A stretch of 64,000 bases of DNA, taken from positions 45,074,001 through 45,138,000 of the forward strand of contig NC_043008.1 of assembly GCF_006345805.1 (NCBI RefSeq), read 5' to 3'. The stretch's first letter is position 1; every line of letters begins with the position of its first letter. The position numbers and the translations under genes were made by a program. Below the pieces are notes generated by a model. That model worked only from the letters and a program-made list of their open reading frames with translations, had not been told where the DNA came from and ran no database searches. Source of the DNA: Octopus sinensis (lineage: Eukaryota). Shown piece by piece: positions 12,646 to 24,839 of this stretch.

Positions 12646-12932
12646 TATTTTTGTTATTTTTATTTGCCCTGTCCGTGTGAGCTAACAGTCGTACTTGACT
12701 TTCATGGGAAACATGTATTTTCGTGGTTGAAACCTTTTGGATTAACTGGTGCTAGAGTGATCAATATAGTGACCACTCTCTTATTTATTATTTTTGTGAA
12801 AATATTATAATATGTTATAAAAATATATAATAATCCAGGTTTCTCATAGCACTAGGCCACTTGGTGTGGAATAAATATACTATTAAATTAGTATAATTCT
12901 CTTCTCTCACCCTTATTAATTAATTATATATA

Positions 12933-12963
<31 letters not shown>

Positions 12964-13297
12964 AATGCAAAACTAATATATTTAATTTTCACTGAAAACT
13001 CAAAGGATTATAGGTCCTTGACAATTAAATTATACGCACACACACATACACACACGCACACGACACAACATATATATATAATATAAATGTATACATAACG
13101 TATATATATAATGTATATATAATCTATATATATATATAATATATATAATGTATATTTATATATTATATATAATTTTTTATATAATGTATGTATATATAAT
13201 GTATATATATACAATGTATATTTATATAATATATATATAATGTATATATATATGTATATATAATGTATATATACATAATGTGTAAATATATATAATG

Positions 13298-13328
<31 letters not shown>

Positions 13329-13713
13329 ATATATATATTAATGTGTAGGTGTATATATATATATATAGTGTATCAATAGTATTTATACGCTTAGTTATTT
13401 TTTGTTTTTGTACCTACGTATCTGTGGTGTGTGTCACACGTAATTCAAAGGAAGATCTAAAAAGGTCGAAGGGAGAGGCACAAAGAAAAAGAGAAACAAA
13501 AGATGTTAGGTAGGGTGAATGACAAAGCGGGGAGATGGGAAGGACGCAAGAGGAGGAAGTATAGTTGAAGTGAGAGAGACTGAGGAAAAGAGGAGGAGAT
13601 TGATAGTGCTGAGAAGAGAAATATAACATAGAGGAGGGGGGGGAGAAATTTAGAGAGATAAATTGAGTGAAGGAAAGGAATGGATAGAAAATAATAGTGA
13701 AAGAGAATGTTGC

Positions 13714-13754
<41 letters not shown>

Positions 13755-13760
13755 AATCAC

Positions 13761-13809
<49 letters not shown>

Positions 13810-13844
13810 ATATATATATATATCTATATATCTATCTATCTATC

Positions 13845-13896
<52 letters not shown>

Positions 13897-13909
13897 GTCT
13901 ATCTATCTA

Positions 13910-13961
<52 letters not shown>

Positions 13962-15606
13962 CTCTGTCTGTCTGTCTCTTTCTCAGTAAATAGCTGTGGA
14001 TGTTACTATTACTTTTCTACAGTTGAAAGGGGAGGTAAAATGTTTATCAGTATTTCCAGAGTAGAATGATGCATAGATCGAAAGAAAAGTAGATACATAG
14101 ATACATACACACATTGGGAAAGAGGAGGGTCACAGAGGAAGTGATAGAGACTGTAGATGCATAGATCGAAAGAAGAATTGATACATAGTCACATAGACAT
14201 ATTGTTAAATCAAAGACAAATAACTACAGGAAATATTGGATGTCACTTTCACTTTTCATTACCTCACGAGGATGAAATTAACTCACAAGTGGCTGAATAC
14301 TCCACAGACTTGCATACCATTAATGCAGCTCTCAGGGAGATTCTGCTTCACATAGAATATGACAAGGCTGGCTCCTTTCAATTACAGCCACAACTAAAAT
14401 TGGCCAGTGCAGTGGACTGGAGCAAGATAAAAATTCAAGTGGTTGGAAGAAAACGAGAACAGATCCTCTATAGGGACAGGAAAATCTTTTTAGTCGTTGG
14501 GGTCACTATGGGTGTTAATCCGGTCCTAACAGCAGCATTTGTGGGTCCCACAGATCTGGAGGCCAAGCCCCTAGATAAACACAGATGTGCAGGCTGATGC
14601 TACCAAACTGAGCGTGAGTCGAGGGCGAATAAACGACAGAATAGCAATTGTTTCGACTTAGCTTTCACGGCTTATACTAAACACATAACATTTTTGCCTC
14701 ACGATATGGAACATTTCCTTTTCTTTCACTCGCTTTAAAAGATGGCACTTACGACGACAAGGATCCTGTTTATCTGCTCTTAAAATTAACGCGCAAGTGG
14801 CTGAGTGCTCCACAGGCATGCATACTACAACGTAGTTCTCAGGGAGATTCAACCTCATAGAGAATATATGACAAGAATGACCCCTTTAAATTACAGTTAC
14901 AACTCATTTTGGCCAGCTGAGTGCACTGCAGCAAGGTGTAGTAGACTACCTTGCTCAAGAACACAGCACGCTGCAGGGAATTGTACTCATGACTTTACGA
15001 TCGTGTGCTGAATACCCCTAAGCACTGAGCCACGCACCTTCACTCTCTTAATCATAGAGAAAAGGAGTGAAGCGATAGGGACATAGAAAGGAAAGCCTCA
15101 GTCATTTAAAATGACAATAAGACTGAAATACGATCGATTTTTTCTAGTTTCTTTACTTTTAACAATGAAGAAGAGGGAAAGACATTTAGTAATAGTGAAT
15201 AGAGGGAAGGTCTTGCAGGTGTTTACGTTTTCATTCTGGGAGTTCTATAACATTCGACTGTTAGTTCTCTCTTCTTCCCCACCCCATCCCCGGTACTTAA
15301 AGGGCAGTGCCTCTGGCAAATGACTGAAACAAGTAAAAGCATAAAATACTACCAGAAGAACGTTCCGTACCACTAAACCAAGAAAGTTCTTTGAATATGT
15401 ATGATGTATTTTAAGGCTAATAGTAATTCTGTTTACGTTTACGTAACTGAGATATTTTGGTTGGATTCTACAGTTATCGGTTTTACACTTCTTTCTATAT
15501 TCTGTAACTGTCACACAACATAGAAACATTTCTCATGGCACCAGCACACAATTTAAAGATGCTTACATCTTTTATATTTTCCGTGAAGTTTTCACGGGCC
15601 TATCTG

Positions 15607-15645
<39 letters not shown>

Positions 15646-15899
15646 ATTAGGGAATATTATTCCAAACTTACAGGGAAAAATTCAATTTAGTAATACTAAG
15701 TCAAATTTCACAATATATGATATATGTATATAAATTAGTATACCAATTATATACTTTTTATTATTATTTTGTACTTTACTAATTATTGGTATCTGCATTT
15801 ATCGTATATTTAATTTTTTCTATATGGGTATATTTAATTATATCATTGTTATTTCATAGTTAATTGATAAAAGTGGAGCTTCTCTAATTATATACATAT

Positions 15900-15931
<32 letters not shown>

Positions 15932-16819
15932 ATAAACATATATAAACATGCATGTATTCGCGCGTGCACACACACACACACACACACGTAATACAACATA
16001 TATTTATAGAGAGAGGCTTTCTACCACCAAACACACACATATTTGCTTATATAAGGCAGTAGGGGGTACATTAAGGTCTATGAAGCTGATATTGGGGAGG
16101 AAGTGATCGAATTAGACCCTTATGTCTGCTGAAATGTAGTGGAATGCTCCAGTGCTTGCCCCATTCGTTTTCATTGTGGGGTAGGAAACATTTGATAATG
16201 TAGTCTGATGTAATGTGTTATTAGACTCATTATATCAGAGGGTTGGAATAATTTCCATCATAGGTCTAAGAAAAAAACCCGATTGATATGGACTTAAACA
16301 ACAAGAGACTGTGTTGTTGCCTCTGTGCTATCTTTTAGGTACCCAGAAACTACTCCAGCTTGGGCTAGTGGTCAGGAAGATAAATGGTGGTATCGACAGA
16401 GCGTCGAACGAATTGAAATGTCTTGAGTTATGTATTCCGGTTTCTTATGTGTGAGTTCAATACATGTTAACGTCAACTTTGTCCTTCATCCCCCTCTCGG
16501 GGTCTCATTAAAGACGAGGTGCCAGTTTAGAGGTTAACTGGTCGGACGAAATACCTTGCGGTGTATATTCCTGTTCTATAGGTTCTACGTTCAAATCCTG
16601 CCGTGGCTTACTGGGCACACTTCAATCGACCTTGAATTTTGGGGAACCTTCAGCGGAGTCACGTCTGATGCAAACAATCAGATCATATCTCCGATTCGAG
16701 GGTGATTTCTGTTCCGCCTTCCACCAATCTCTAAGACTCCAAAACGGTCAGGAGCGCTACTATCCTTCATCTGACTCTCCATCCATCTCCGTCCTCTGTT
16801 CGTGGAAGGCAATAGGATC

Positions 16820-17100
16820 CAATCAAAATCCTGCTGGATTCCCAAGCGTAACCAACTGCGACTATGGATATTATCCGATCATCTTGTTCTTGGTCAATCC
16901 CTACGTCTCCTGCCGATTGGCTCGGCTCCAAGAATTTGTCTTGCAATTCTTTCTTTCGATATTCTCACTACATGTCTGTAGTCCTCCTGACTGAGCGAGT
17001 AAAAATAATCAATCGGTTCGAATCATTTCGTCCGTTTTATTTCCATCTTACGCTCACCAGAATGCTTGGATACAGCAATGCCAAAGTGAGTTTACGGCGT
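16820..17100 (-). mobile_element. RTE-type LINE 3' remnant
   Basis: Minus frame HVVRISKERIARQILGAEPIGRRRRD*PRTR*SDNI matches the RTE C-terminal GRPRTRW motif. Confidence 0.6.
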
Positions 17101-18174
17101 CTTTGCCCAGGTAAATGCTGTAAAATAATTTCGACCTAGGCTCGAAACCGTTGCCACTCGAATGGAGAGCTCCTTCCCACCTTTCGTCAATGACACCTCA
17201 ACGAGCCAACGAGGTAACCACTATTAACGCTAGAAATAGAAAACAAATTTCCTCAAATCACACTCACTTGTTTAAAGAAACACAAAGAGATTAATTTGCC
17301 GATATAGTGTCTCAGATGTATTGATACGAAAAAGACTAGTTAGTCACATCTGGAACGCTTTTCGTGACAAGTCTGCTCAATCATGACTGACCCGGGGTTA
17401 AACAACAACAACAATATCACAAAACTATTTACCAACAACATTAGTTTTTGATTTAGTTCAAAAGCCAGACATTTCGAGTGCAGGGGGCTAGTTACCATCA
17501 TCACCCCCAGTAATTGACTGGAATTTAATGTTAGCGACCCCTAAAAGATGAAGGGTGAAGTTGACTTGGATAGGATTGAAACTTTGAACGTAAAGAGGCG
17601 ACAGAAATACCGCATGGGAAATTGTCCGACGCGCTAACGATTCTTCCAAACAACCGTCCTGATCAACTCCCCCTTATTTTGGCACAAGACCAGCAATTCT
17701 AAGGGGAGGGTAAGTTGATTACATCAACCCCAGTACTTGAATAGTACTTTCTGTATGTACTCCAAAAGGATGAAAGGCAAAATTGACATCGGCTGCGTTC
17801 GATCTCTAGAACGTAAGGTGTGGAAAGAAATGCAGCTTAGCAGTTTGTTCGACGCACTAATAAAATAACGATTTCAAATTTTGGTACAAGGCCAGCATGT
17901 AGATTAAATCACCCCCCCCATCTCTGTTCAACTACTATTCATTTTATCAACCCCCAAAACTATGCAGAGCAAAGCCCACCTCAGCGGAATTTGAACTCAC
18001 AACCTAATGAATTACAAGAAATTAAAAAAAAAATTCAAAGACCAACACATTTTGGAAACGACATGTCAAGTTATTCTTCCGTATATTACATATTTATTGT
18101 ATCGACTCTAGAATGATAAAACGGAAGGGTAACTTCGGCGAAATTTGAACTCCAAATTTAAAGTAACATGATTA

Positions 18175-18515
18175 AGTGGCTGTTTGGTAAGTAGCTTGCT
18201 TACCATCCACATGGTTCCGGGTTCAGTCCTACTGCATGGCACCTTGGGCAAGTGTCTTCTACTATAGCCTCGGGCCGACTAAAGCCTTGTGAATGGATTT
18301 GGTAGGCAGAAACTGATAGAAGCCAGTCGTGTGTGTGTGTGTATATACGTGTATGTGTGTGTGTGTTTGTGTATCTGTGTTTGTCCCCGTAACTTAGCGG
18401 TTCGGCAAAAGAGACCGATAAGTACTAGGCTTACAAAGAATAAGACCTGGTGTCGATTTGCTCGACTAGACTAAAGACTGTGCTCCAGTCAAATGACTGA
18501 AATAATAAAAAAAGA
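18175..18515 (+). mobile_element. tRNA-derived SINE family A (internal GT microsatellite)
   Basis: gtggctgt.tggtaagtagcttgctt...ggttccgggttcagtcc head; other copies at 22340-22650(-), 28745-29185(+), 34495-34805(+), 42305-42690(-), 52785-53196(-), 53215-53650(-), 57900-58318(-) and 58610-59066(-). Confidence 0.85.
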
Positions 18516-19149
18516 AAAAGTATTCTGTCACTGAAGAAAAAAAGATGCAGAAATTTTCAACACAGTCTTTGACTTGGTCACCAAGGAAACATTGTGTGCC
18601 AGACGGATGTCAAGTTCTGCTATTTCTATATATCTGAAAAATATGTTATTTGCTGCAAATTTCGTTATCTAGGGATGGAAACCTTGCCACCGACTCCGTT
18701 TTGTTTACCACCGCTTGCCAGAAAAAGAGCAACAACTAGTAGAAGAAAAGGCCTCTACATAATTGCTTGACCGACAGCAATTAAAGGTAATTTTACTATT
18801 TCACACGTGTGTAATCTCGGACTGGCGGACTTCCGGATTGACTGTCATGACCTCATATTGTTCTGTGAAATAATTTTTTCTCCCCAGAATTATAATTTTT
18901 TAAACATTTTTACTTCTGAATTCTGAATCCTTTTTCTTATAAACTTTCACATGTGCACCTGTCTCGAGAGACAGGTGTAATACATAAAAAGACATCGATA
19001 TTTAGTAATCAAATCTCTCAAAGGGAAGACTGCATCGAGACACACAGTCTAATATTTGAAATTACAACAGTGTGTTCATTGTTTGAATACGTTTTGATAT
19101 TAGTTCAGGCAGCTCGCATCACTATTATCATCATCATCATCATTATTAT

Positions 19150-19362
19150 TAAGGCGGCGAGCTGGCAGAATCGTTAGCACGCCGGGCGAAATGCTTTGCG
19201 GTATTTCGTCTGCCGTTACGTTCTGAGTTCAAATTCCGCCGAGGTCGACTTTGCCTTTCATCCTTTAGGGATCGATTAAATAAATACCAGTTACGCACTG
19301 GGGTCGATGAAATCGACTTAATCTCTTCACCCAAATTTCAGGCCTTGTTATTTTAGTAGAAA
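19150..19362 (+). mobile_element. SINE family B (aaggcggcgagctggcagaa head)
   Basis: A/B-box-like tggcagaatcgtt and gagttcaaattcc; other copies at 20285-20450(-), 20505-20722(-), 21845-21972(+), 29710-29928(-), 36085-36198(-) and 36383-36595(-). Confidence 0.85.
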
Positions 19363-19376
19363 AGATAATAATAATA

Positions 19377-19409
<33 letters not shown>

Positions 19410-19414
19410 TAATA

Positions 19415-19955
19415 AATGCCCTGATGCAGTACCAGACAGTGGCCCTCATGGCTTCGGATTTTAACTGGTTGGAAGTGTTATCATGTACATTGTTTTGTCT
19501 TGGTATAAAAGATGGGCTACAGCAAATATTCTACTCAGTACAACAGGTTTGATTGTCAGTTGTTTGACCTTAACCAGTTGAGCATGTCCCTTAGTGGTTG
19601 ATGATATGTGCATCTCTGATCACGAGCAGAAGTAGTGGGGGAGCATCGTAGCCATGTGTTGAAAAGAATTCTTTGCGGTTTGAATAGTTCACCTCTGGAA
19701 ACATGGGTGTTTCGTTCAACATCCTTAAACAACCCTTATTCAGGCAAATTTCGTGCGGGATTGTCTACATGACTTGAAGAAAATTCTAACTGGGCCCCAC
19801 CTGCAAACTCATGCGCTGTTTATCTAGATATAATGTCACCATGTCGCACACACGTGGTTGTGATGCATGTGCCTGGTGGACCCTTATTAAACGAGTAGCC
19901 ATGATATTTTACCCCAGTGTTACTTTGATGGCATGTACTGCTCTGTCACTCAATA
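19415..19955. repeat. Interspersed ~550-bp repeat flanked by (AAT)n; second copy at 37119-37730
   Basis: aaatgccctgatgcagtacca...ctcactcaataataat shared between the two loci; class not determined. Confidence 0.8.
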
Positions 19956-20451
19956 ATAATAAAAATGATAATGATTTCACTTACTTGCCATAAGTGGGAC
20001 AATACAAAGACAAACATAAAATGTGGGGGTTTAAGATGATATAAAAAAAAGGGTAATTATACACGATATACACTGAAAAAGAAGGGACATATGCATAGCA
20101 TACAAAGGTTTAAAAAAATGGGCGGTGAGGATGAAAGAGATGTGACCCTCCTGAAACAGGAAGGCCTCTAGGGATAATCGAGGAATCCCACTGTCCAAGA
20201 TTTCCCTGAACGCCAAGAGCAATTGCCCTCACCAGTTCCTTCTCTCCGACTCACAGGCCCACACTTAAAGAAAATTTTCGAAAATTTCAACCATCGATTA
20301 GTTCGACTCAGTACACAATTGGTACTTAACTTATCGATTCGAGTGGATAAAAGGCAAAGTCGACGTCGGCGGAATTTGAACTCAGAACGTAACGGCAGAC
20401 GAAATACTGCTAAGCATTTCGTCCGGCGTGCTAACGATTCAGTCATCTCGC

Positions 20452-20483
<32 letters not shown>

Positions 20484-20722
20484 AATAATATAATAATAAT
20501 AATAATAATCTTCTCTATTATAGGCACAAGGTCCGAAATTTTGGGGGAGGGAGCCAGTCGATTTGTTCGACCCCAGTACATAACTGGTACCTAATTTATC
20601 GACCTCGAAAGGATGAAAGGCAAAGTCGACTTCGGCTTAATTTGAACACAGAATGTAAAGACAGACGAAATACCGCTAAGCAATTCACCTGGCGTGCTAA
20701 CGATTCTGCCAACGCGCCGCTT

Positions 20723-20764
<42 letters not shown>

Positions 20765-21323
20765 CCCCAACAACAATTATAATAGAAAATAAAAGTACTT
20801 ACAAGATTAAATGATTTTTTTTTCATAATTGATATGAGAAGTCCTGTTACGTAAACGTATAAATGTACTCCAGTAGATATCTATACACACACATATGTAT
20901 ATACAGCTACACTCACACGCCTATATATATATCAATATATACAGAGTGATAGAGAGAGAGAGGGAGAGAAAGAGGGAGAGACTGAGACAAAAAGTGAAGC
21001 AGGGGGAAAGAGCTGTCCAAACAACTGCTGCTGTAGGAAGAGGACGGACGTCAATAGAAGAAGTTGACAGGTGAGGAGTGTATATACAAAACTATTGCCT
21101 ATCTAAATCGCTGTGTAGGAAAAAAGGGCTTGCGGATATCACCTGTGGTCTTAGGTTCTTCAAGCTTTTGACAACGAGCCAATCAAATCCCTCTGTCAAC
21201 ACACACACACACACACACACACAGGTGTGTAAGTGTGGGTGTGAAAAAATATATTTATATATTTTATGTCTATATATAATGAATGAAATTACGTGTTTAT
21301 GTATGTGTGTGTGTGATGTATAT

Positions 21324-21378
<55 letters not shown>

Positions 21379-21742
21379 ATATGAATTCGCCGTTATATAT
21401 ATTATACATATACGTAAGTATATACATAAGTATATCATACATTCATATGATAAATATATTTTACCTATATACTTTTTTACAAATATATATATATATATAT
21501 ATATAACATACATATATTATACAACACACACAAATGCATACACATACATATATATATATATATATATGTAATATATATTTATATGTAGGTATGTATATTT
21601 ATATGTATGTATATATATATATATATGTATATATATATGTATGTATATATATATGTATATATGTATATATATATATGTATATGTATATATGTATGTATAT
21701 ATATATATGTATGTATTTGTGTATGTATATATGTATGTAGAT

Positions 21743-21775
<33 letters not shown>

Positions 21776-22649
21776 AATAAATAAATGGAGTTAAACACAC
21801 GTGTTATTCAAATTCTTTTTGTGGCTGTGTGGTAGACGCTTGCCAAGGCGGCATTCTGGCAGAGACGTTAGCACAACGAGTGAAATTCTTAACGGTATTT
21901 CGTCTGCCTCAGCGTTCTGAGTTCAAATTCTACCGAGGTCGACTTTGCCTTTCATCCTTTCGGGGTCGATAAAAAAAAAATGTTATAACCTTTTTACTTG
22001 TGATTTTTAGCTACTCTAGTAACTATTTATCTATTTTTTCCGTGTTAATTGTTAACAAAGGAAAAACATACATCTATTTATACACACACATATATATATA
22101 TATCCTTACTAATTCCGGTTGTGAAGCGGTTAGTAGAGACAAACACAGACACAGGCATACTGATGGGTACATACACACACACACACTTACACCTATATAT
22201 TCATATATACAGAGTGAGACTGTGAGACAAAGCGTGAAACAGTAGGAAGGAGCCGGTGTGTGTGCCTATGTCCATACGACGGCTGTCGTATTGAAAAAGA
22301 GCGAAATTAACGGATAATAAACCAATTGTTGGAACACAACTCTTTACTCTTTTACTTGTTTCTGTCATTTGACTGCGGCAATGCTGGAGCACCGCCTTTA
22401 ATCGAGCAGCTCGACTCCGGGACTTATTCTTTTGTAAGCCCAGTACTTATTCTCTCGGTCTCTTTTGCCGAACCGCTAAGTAGCGGGGACATAAACACAC
22501 CAGCATCGGTTGTCAAGCAATGCTAGGGGACAAACACAGACACACAAACATACACGCACACACACACATATATATATACATATATACGACGGGCTTCTTT
22601 CAGTTTCCATCTACCAAATCCACTCACAAGGTTTTGGTCGGCCCGCGGC

Positions 22650-23010
22650 TTGATCTCTTCCTTTCATTGTGTACTTTATAACATATTCGATAGGTTATCG
22701 AATTTCTACATTGAAGTAGTATTTGAATAACCTCCATAGTTAGGAATTGTGGGGGGACTACCCACTGAGAAGTAACAGCTTGATTTCGGCATCCTTCTTG
22801 AACTCTTTGTAATCTACCCATTTCCAGAGACCGTCTCCGGTACTTGGGATATGAATCATCACCACACATTATTTGTGCAATGAATGGCTTTGGGTACCTC
22901 TTACTACATGTAACATTTTCCCAACATGGTGAGCTGTTATTGCAGTAAGAACCATGGATCACGTGCTGCCATCTCAGACGTTTCCTGTTGCCTCTTTGCC
23001 CTTGCTTCTT
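22650..23010 (-). mobile_element. Helitron Rep-helicase fragment
   Basis: HVIHGSYCNNSSPCWENVTCSKRYPKPF...DSYPKYRRR...QWVVP matches the Helitron MIHGPCG..SPCM..C.K.YPK..YP.YRRR..WVVP pattern. Confidence 0.85.
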
Positions 23011-23899
23011 GCCGACGCCTTTTGGCATCCTCTTTTGACCACGATGATCTCCATCTCCTTCCATGTGGCATAATTGATCTGTGCTTATTTTTGTATGTAA
23101 TGTTGTATTAAGAGAATTAAATCAAAACAACAAAGCAATTAGAAATGTCAAATGAATGAAATAAAATCAAATCTGAAATGATGAAACTATAAGTAATCTC
23201 CGCAAAGAAATTTCTGTATATCAGTGTGTGTGTGGTAGGTCAAAAGGGCGACGTTTTTATTCTCCTTAAAGAGTTACAAAATGTAAACATTCGTACCAGA
23301 AGTTCACTCATTTAATGTCATGACTACATACCCATTCACCAACTCTCCCTCTCTCTCTTTTCTCTCTCTCTTTCTCTTCCCCTCTCTTCCTCTTTCTCCC
23401 TCTCTCTTTCTCTCTGAGTCTCTTTCACACAAACACGTCCATTACATGTACTTACATCTTCCACTTTCTCCTCTCTTTCACTTTAAAGCAAAAGTAAATA
23501 AATAAAAAATATTTTTACGGAAATTTACATTCAGTTAAAAATATTTCTAAATGGTTAAAATATTGTGTACGTCAAAAATTCGACGGTGCTTTTTTTCCTT
23601 AGAGCGAAGACTATGTGTGTGTGTATGTCACAGATATCGGATGTGTGTTTGTGTTGATCGACATGCCATGGCTTCATTATATGTGTATGTATTTTGTATT
23701 TGTGTACAAAAGATGTGTTTAATCGTTTAAATAGTGATTCAAATATCACAAAAATTTGTACTGCACTGCCGAAGGTAAGTATGAAAATAAATAAAATTAA
23801 TGCAAAATAAAAAGAAAGAAATGAAAAGAAAAATAAGTAGATAAAAACAAATGAATAAAATAAATTAAATTAAACAAACCTGATTAAATTTCCCGCCTA

Positions 23900-24587
23900 A
23901 ACTCCTCGTGCGATATGGTCAAAATACCACCGCAGTGAATATAATGACGAAGTAAATATATAAATTTATATAAATAAGGATAGGATTGTTATTCAAAATA
24001 CCGATCATATCAAGTGGTTAGCATGGGAATTTTATTAATAACTAGCAGTATCGGCCGGCGTTGCTCGGGTTTGTAAGGGAAATAACTATATAAGCATTTT
24101 TAGAGATGTCAAGTATAATAGCCATCTCATTACGGCTAACCACAAGGGGGGGGGTTACTGTAGTTTTTTACGTTCTGAGATTTAATAATAAATTTTTAGA
24201 GAGTTACTTCCCTTATATATGCCAAAAATGCATTAAAAATGGGAAAAATTGATGGTAATTTTTTTTTAAATCGTAGACTCATCGTAGACGGCGCGCTAAT
24301 ACCCAGAAGGGCTCGATATGAATCACGACTATAAGATACCCGGTTTTGGTTAAACTGCACCACAAAATGTGGGAGTAGTTAGGAATCTAAATCGTAGGAG
24401 ACAGACAGCACACAACCTCTCTTTTATATATAAAGATTATTAGCTATGAGTTTTTATTCCTATGCTGGCCACTTGATATGATCAGTATTTTGAATAACAA
24501 TCCTATCCTTATTTATATAAATTTATATATTTACTTCGTCATTATATTCACTGCGGTGGTATTTTGACCATATCGCACGAGGAGTTG
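23900..24587. mobile_element. Foldback/MITE-like element with ~130-bp near-perfect inverted arms (23900-24030 and 24456-24587)
   Basis: aactcctcgtgcgatatggtcaaaataccaccgcagtg... is the reverse complement of ...cactgcggtggtattttgaccatatcgcacgaggagtt. Confidence 0.85.
24042..24436 (-). mobile_element. Non-autonomous Helitron
   Basis: Minus strand starts with TC and ends with a subterminal hairpin plus CTAG, between A and T; homologous to 49721-50233. Confidence 0.85.
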
Positions 24588-24839
24588 CGGCGTCACAGGT
24601 ACCAAGCTGTATCGGCCTTTGCCTTTCCCTTGGATAACATCGGTGGGGAGAGAGGAGGCCGATATACATGGGCAACTGGTGGTCTTCTATAAACAACCTT
24701 GCCTGGACTTGTGCCTGGGGGGTGGCTAACTTTCTAGATGCAACCCCATGGTCAGTTATGACCGAAGAGGGTCTCAGGATATATATGTATACATGTGTAT
24801 ATATATGTATGTATATATATTTCTATATATATGTTTATA

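Larger units (their letters stand above)
9604..12925. repeat. ~530-bp tandem repeat in two inverted arrays (about 2.1 units one way, about 4.1 units the other); retrozyme/Penelope pLTR-like
   Basis: Near-identical units; CTGACGA cores recur at 10977, 11506, 12035 and 12565; inversion junction at 10725-10727 with cat microhomology; both outer ends run into (TA)n. Confidence 0.95.

Noticed and set aside
10141-12810. Repeated 60-80 aa ORFs in the tandem array
   Set aside because: Disrupted differently by indels in each copy and no recognisable domain; the conserved feature is the RNA motif
9604-12925. CRISPR-like or rDNA/snRNA array interpretation
   Set aside because: No unique spacers, eukaryotic context, and no similarity I can recognise to 5S, U snRNA or spliced-leader genes
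14157-14597. 146-aa ORF
   Set aside because: Spans SINE-tail and other repeat fragments; no domain or splice support
21000-21200. Cluster of CRE-like, E-box and CCAAT motifs
   Set aside because: Short motifs expected by chance; no linked transcript evidence
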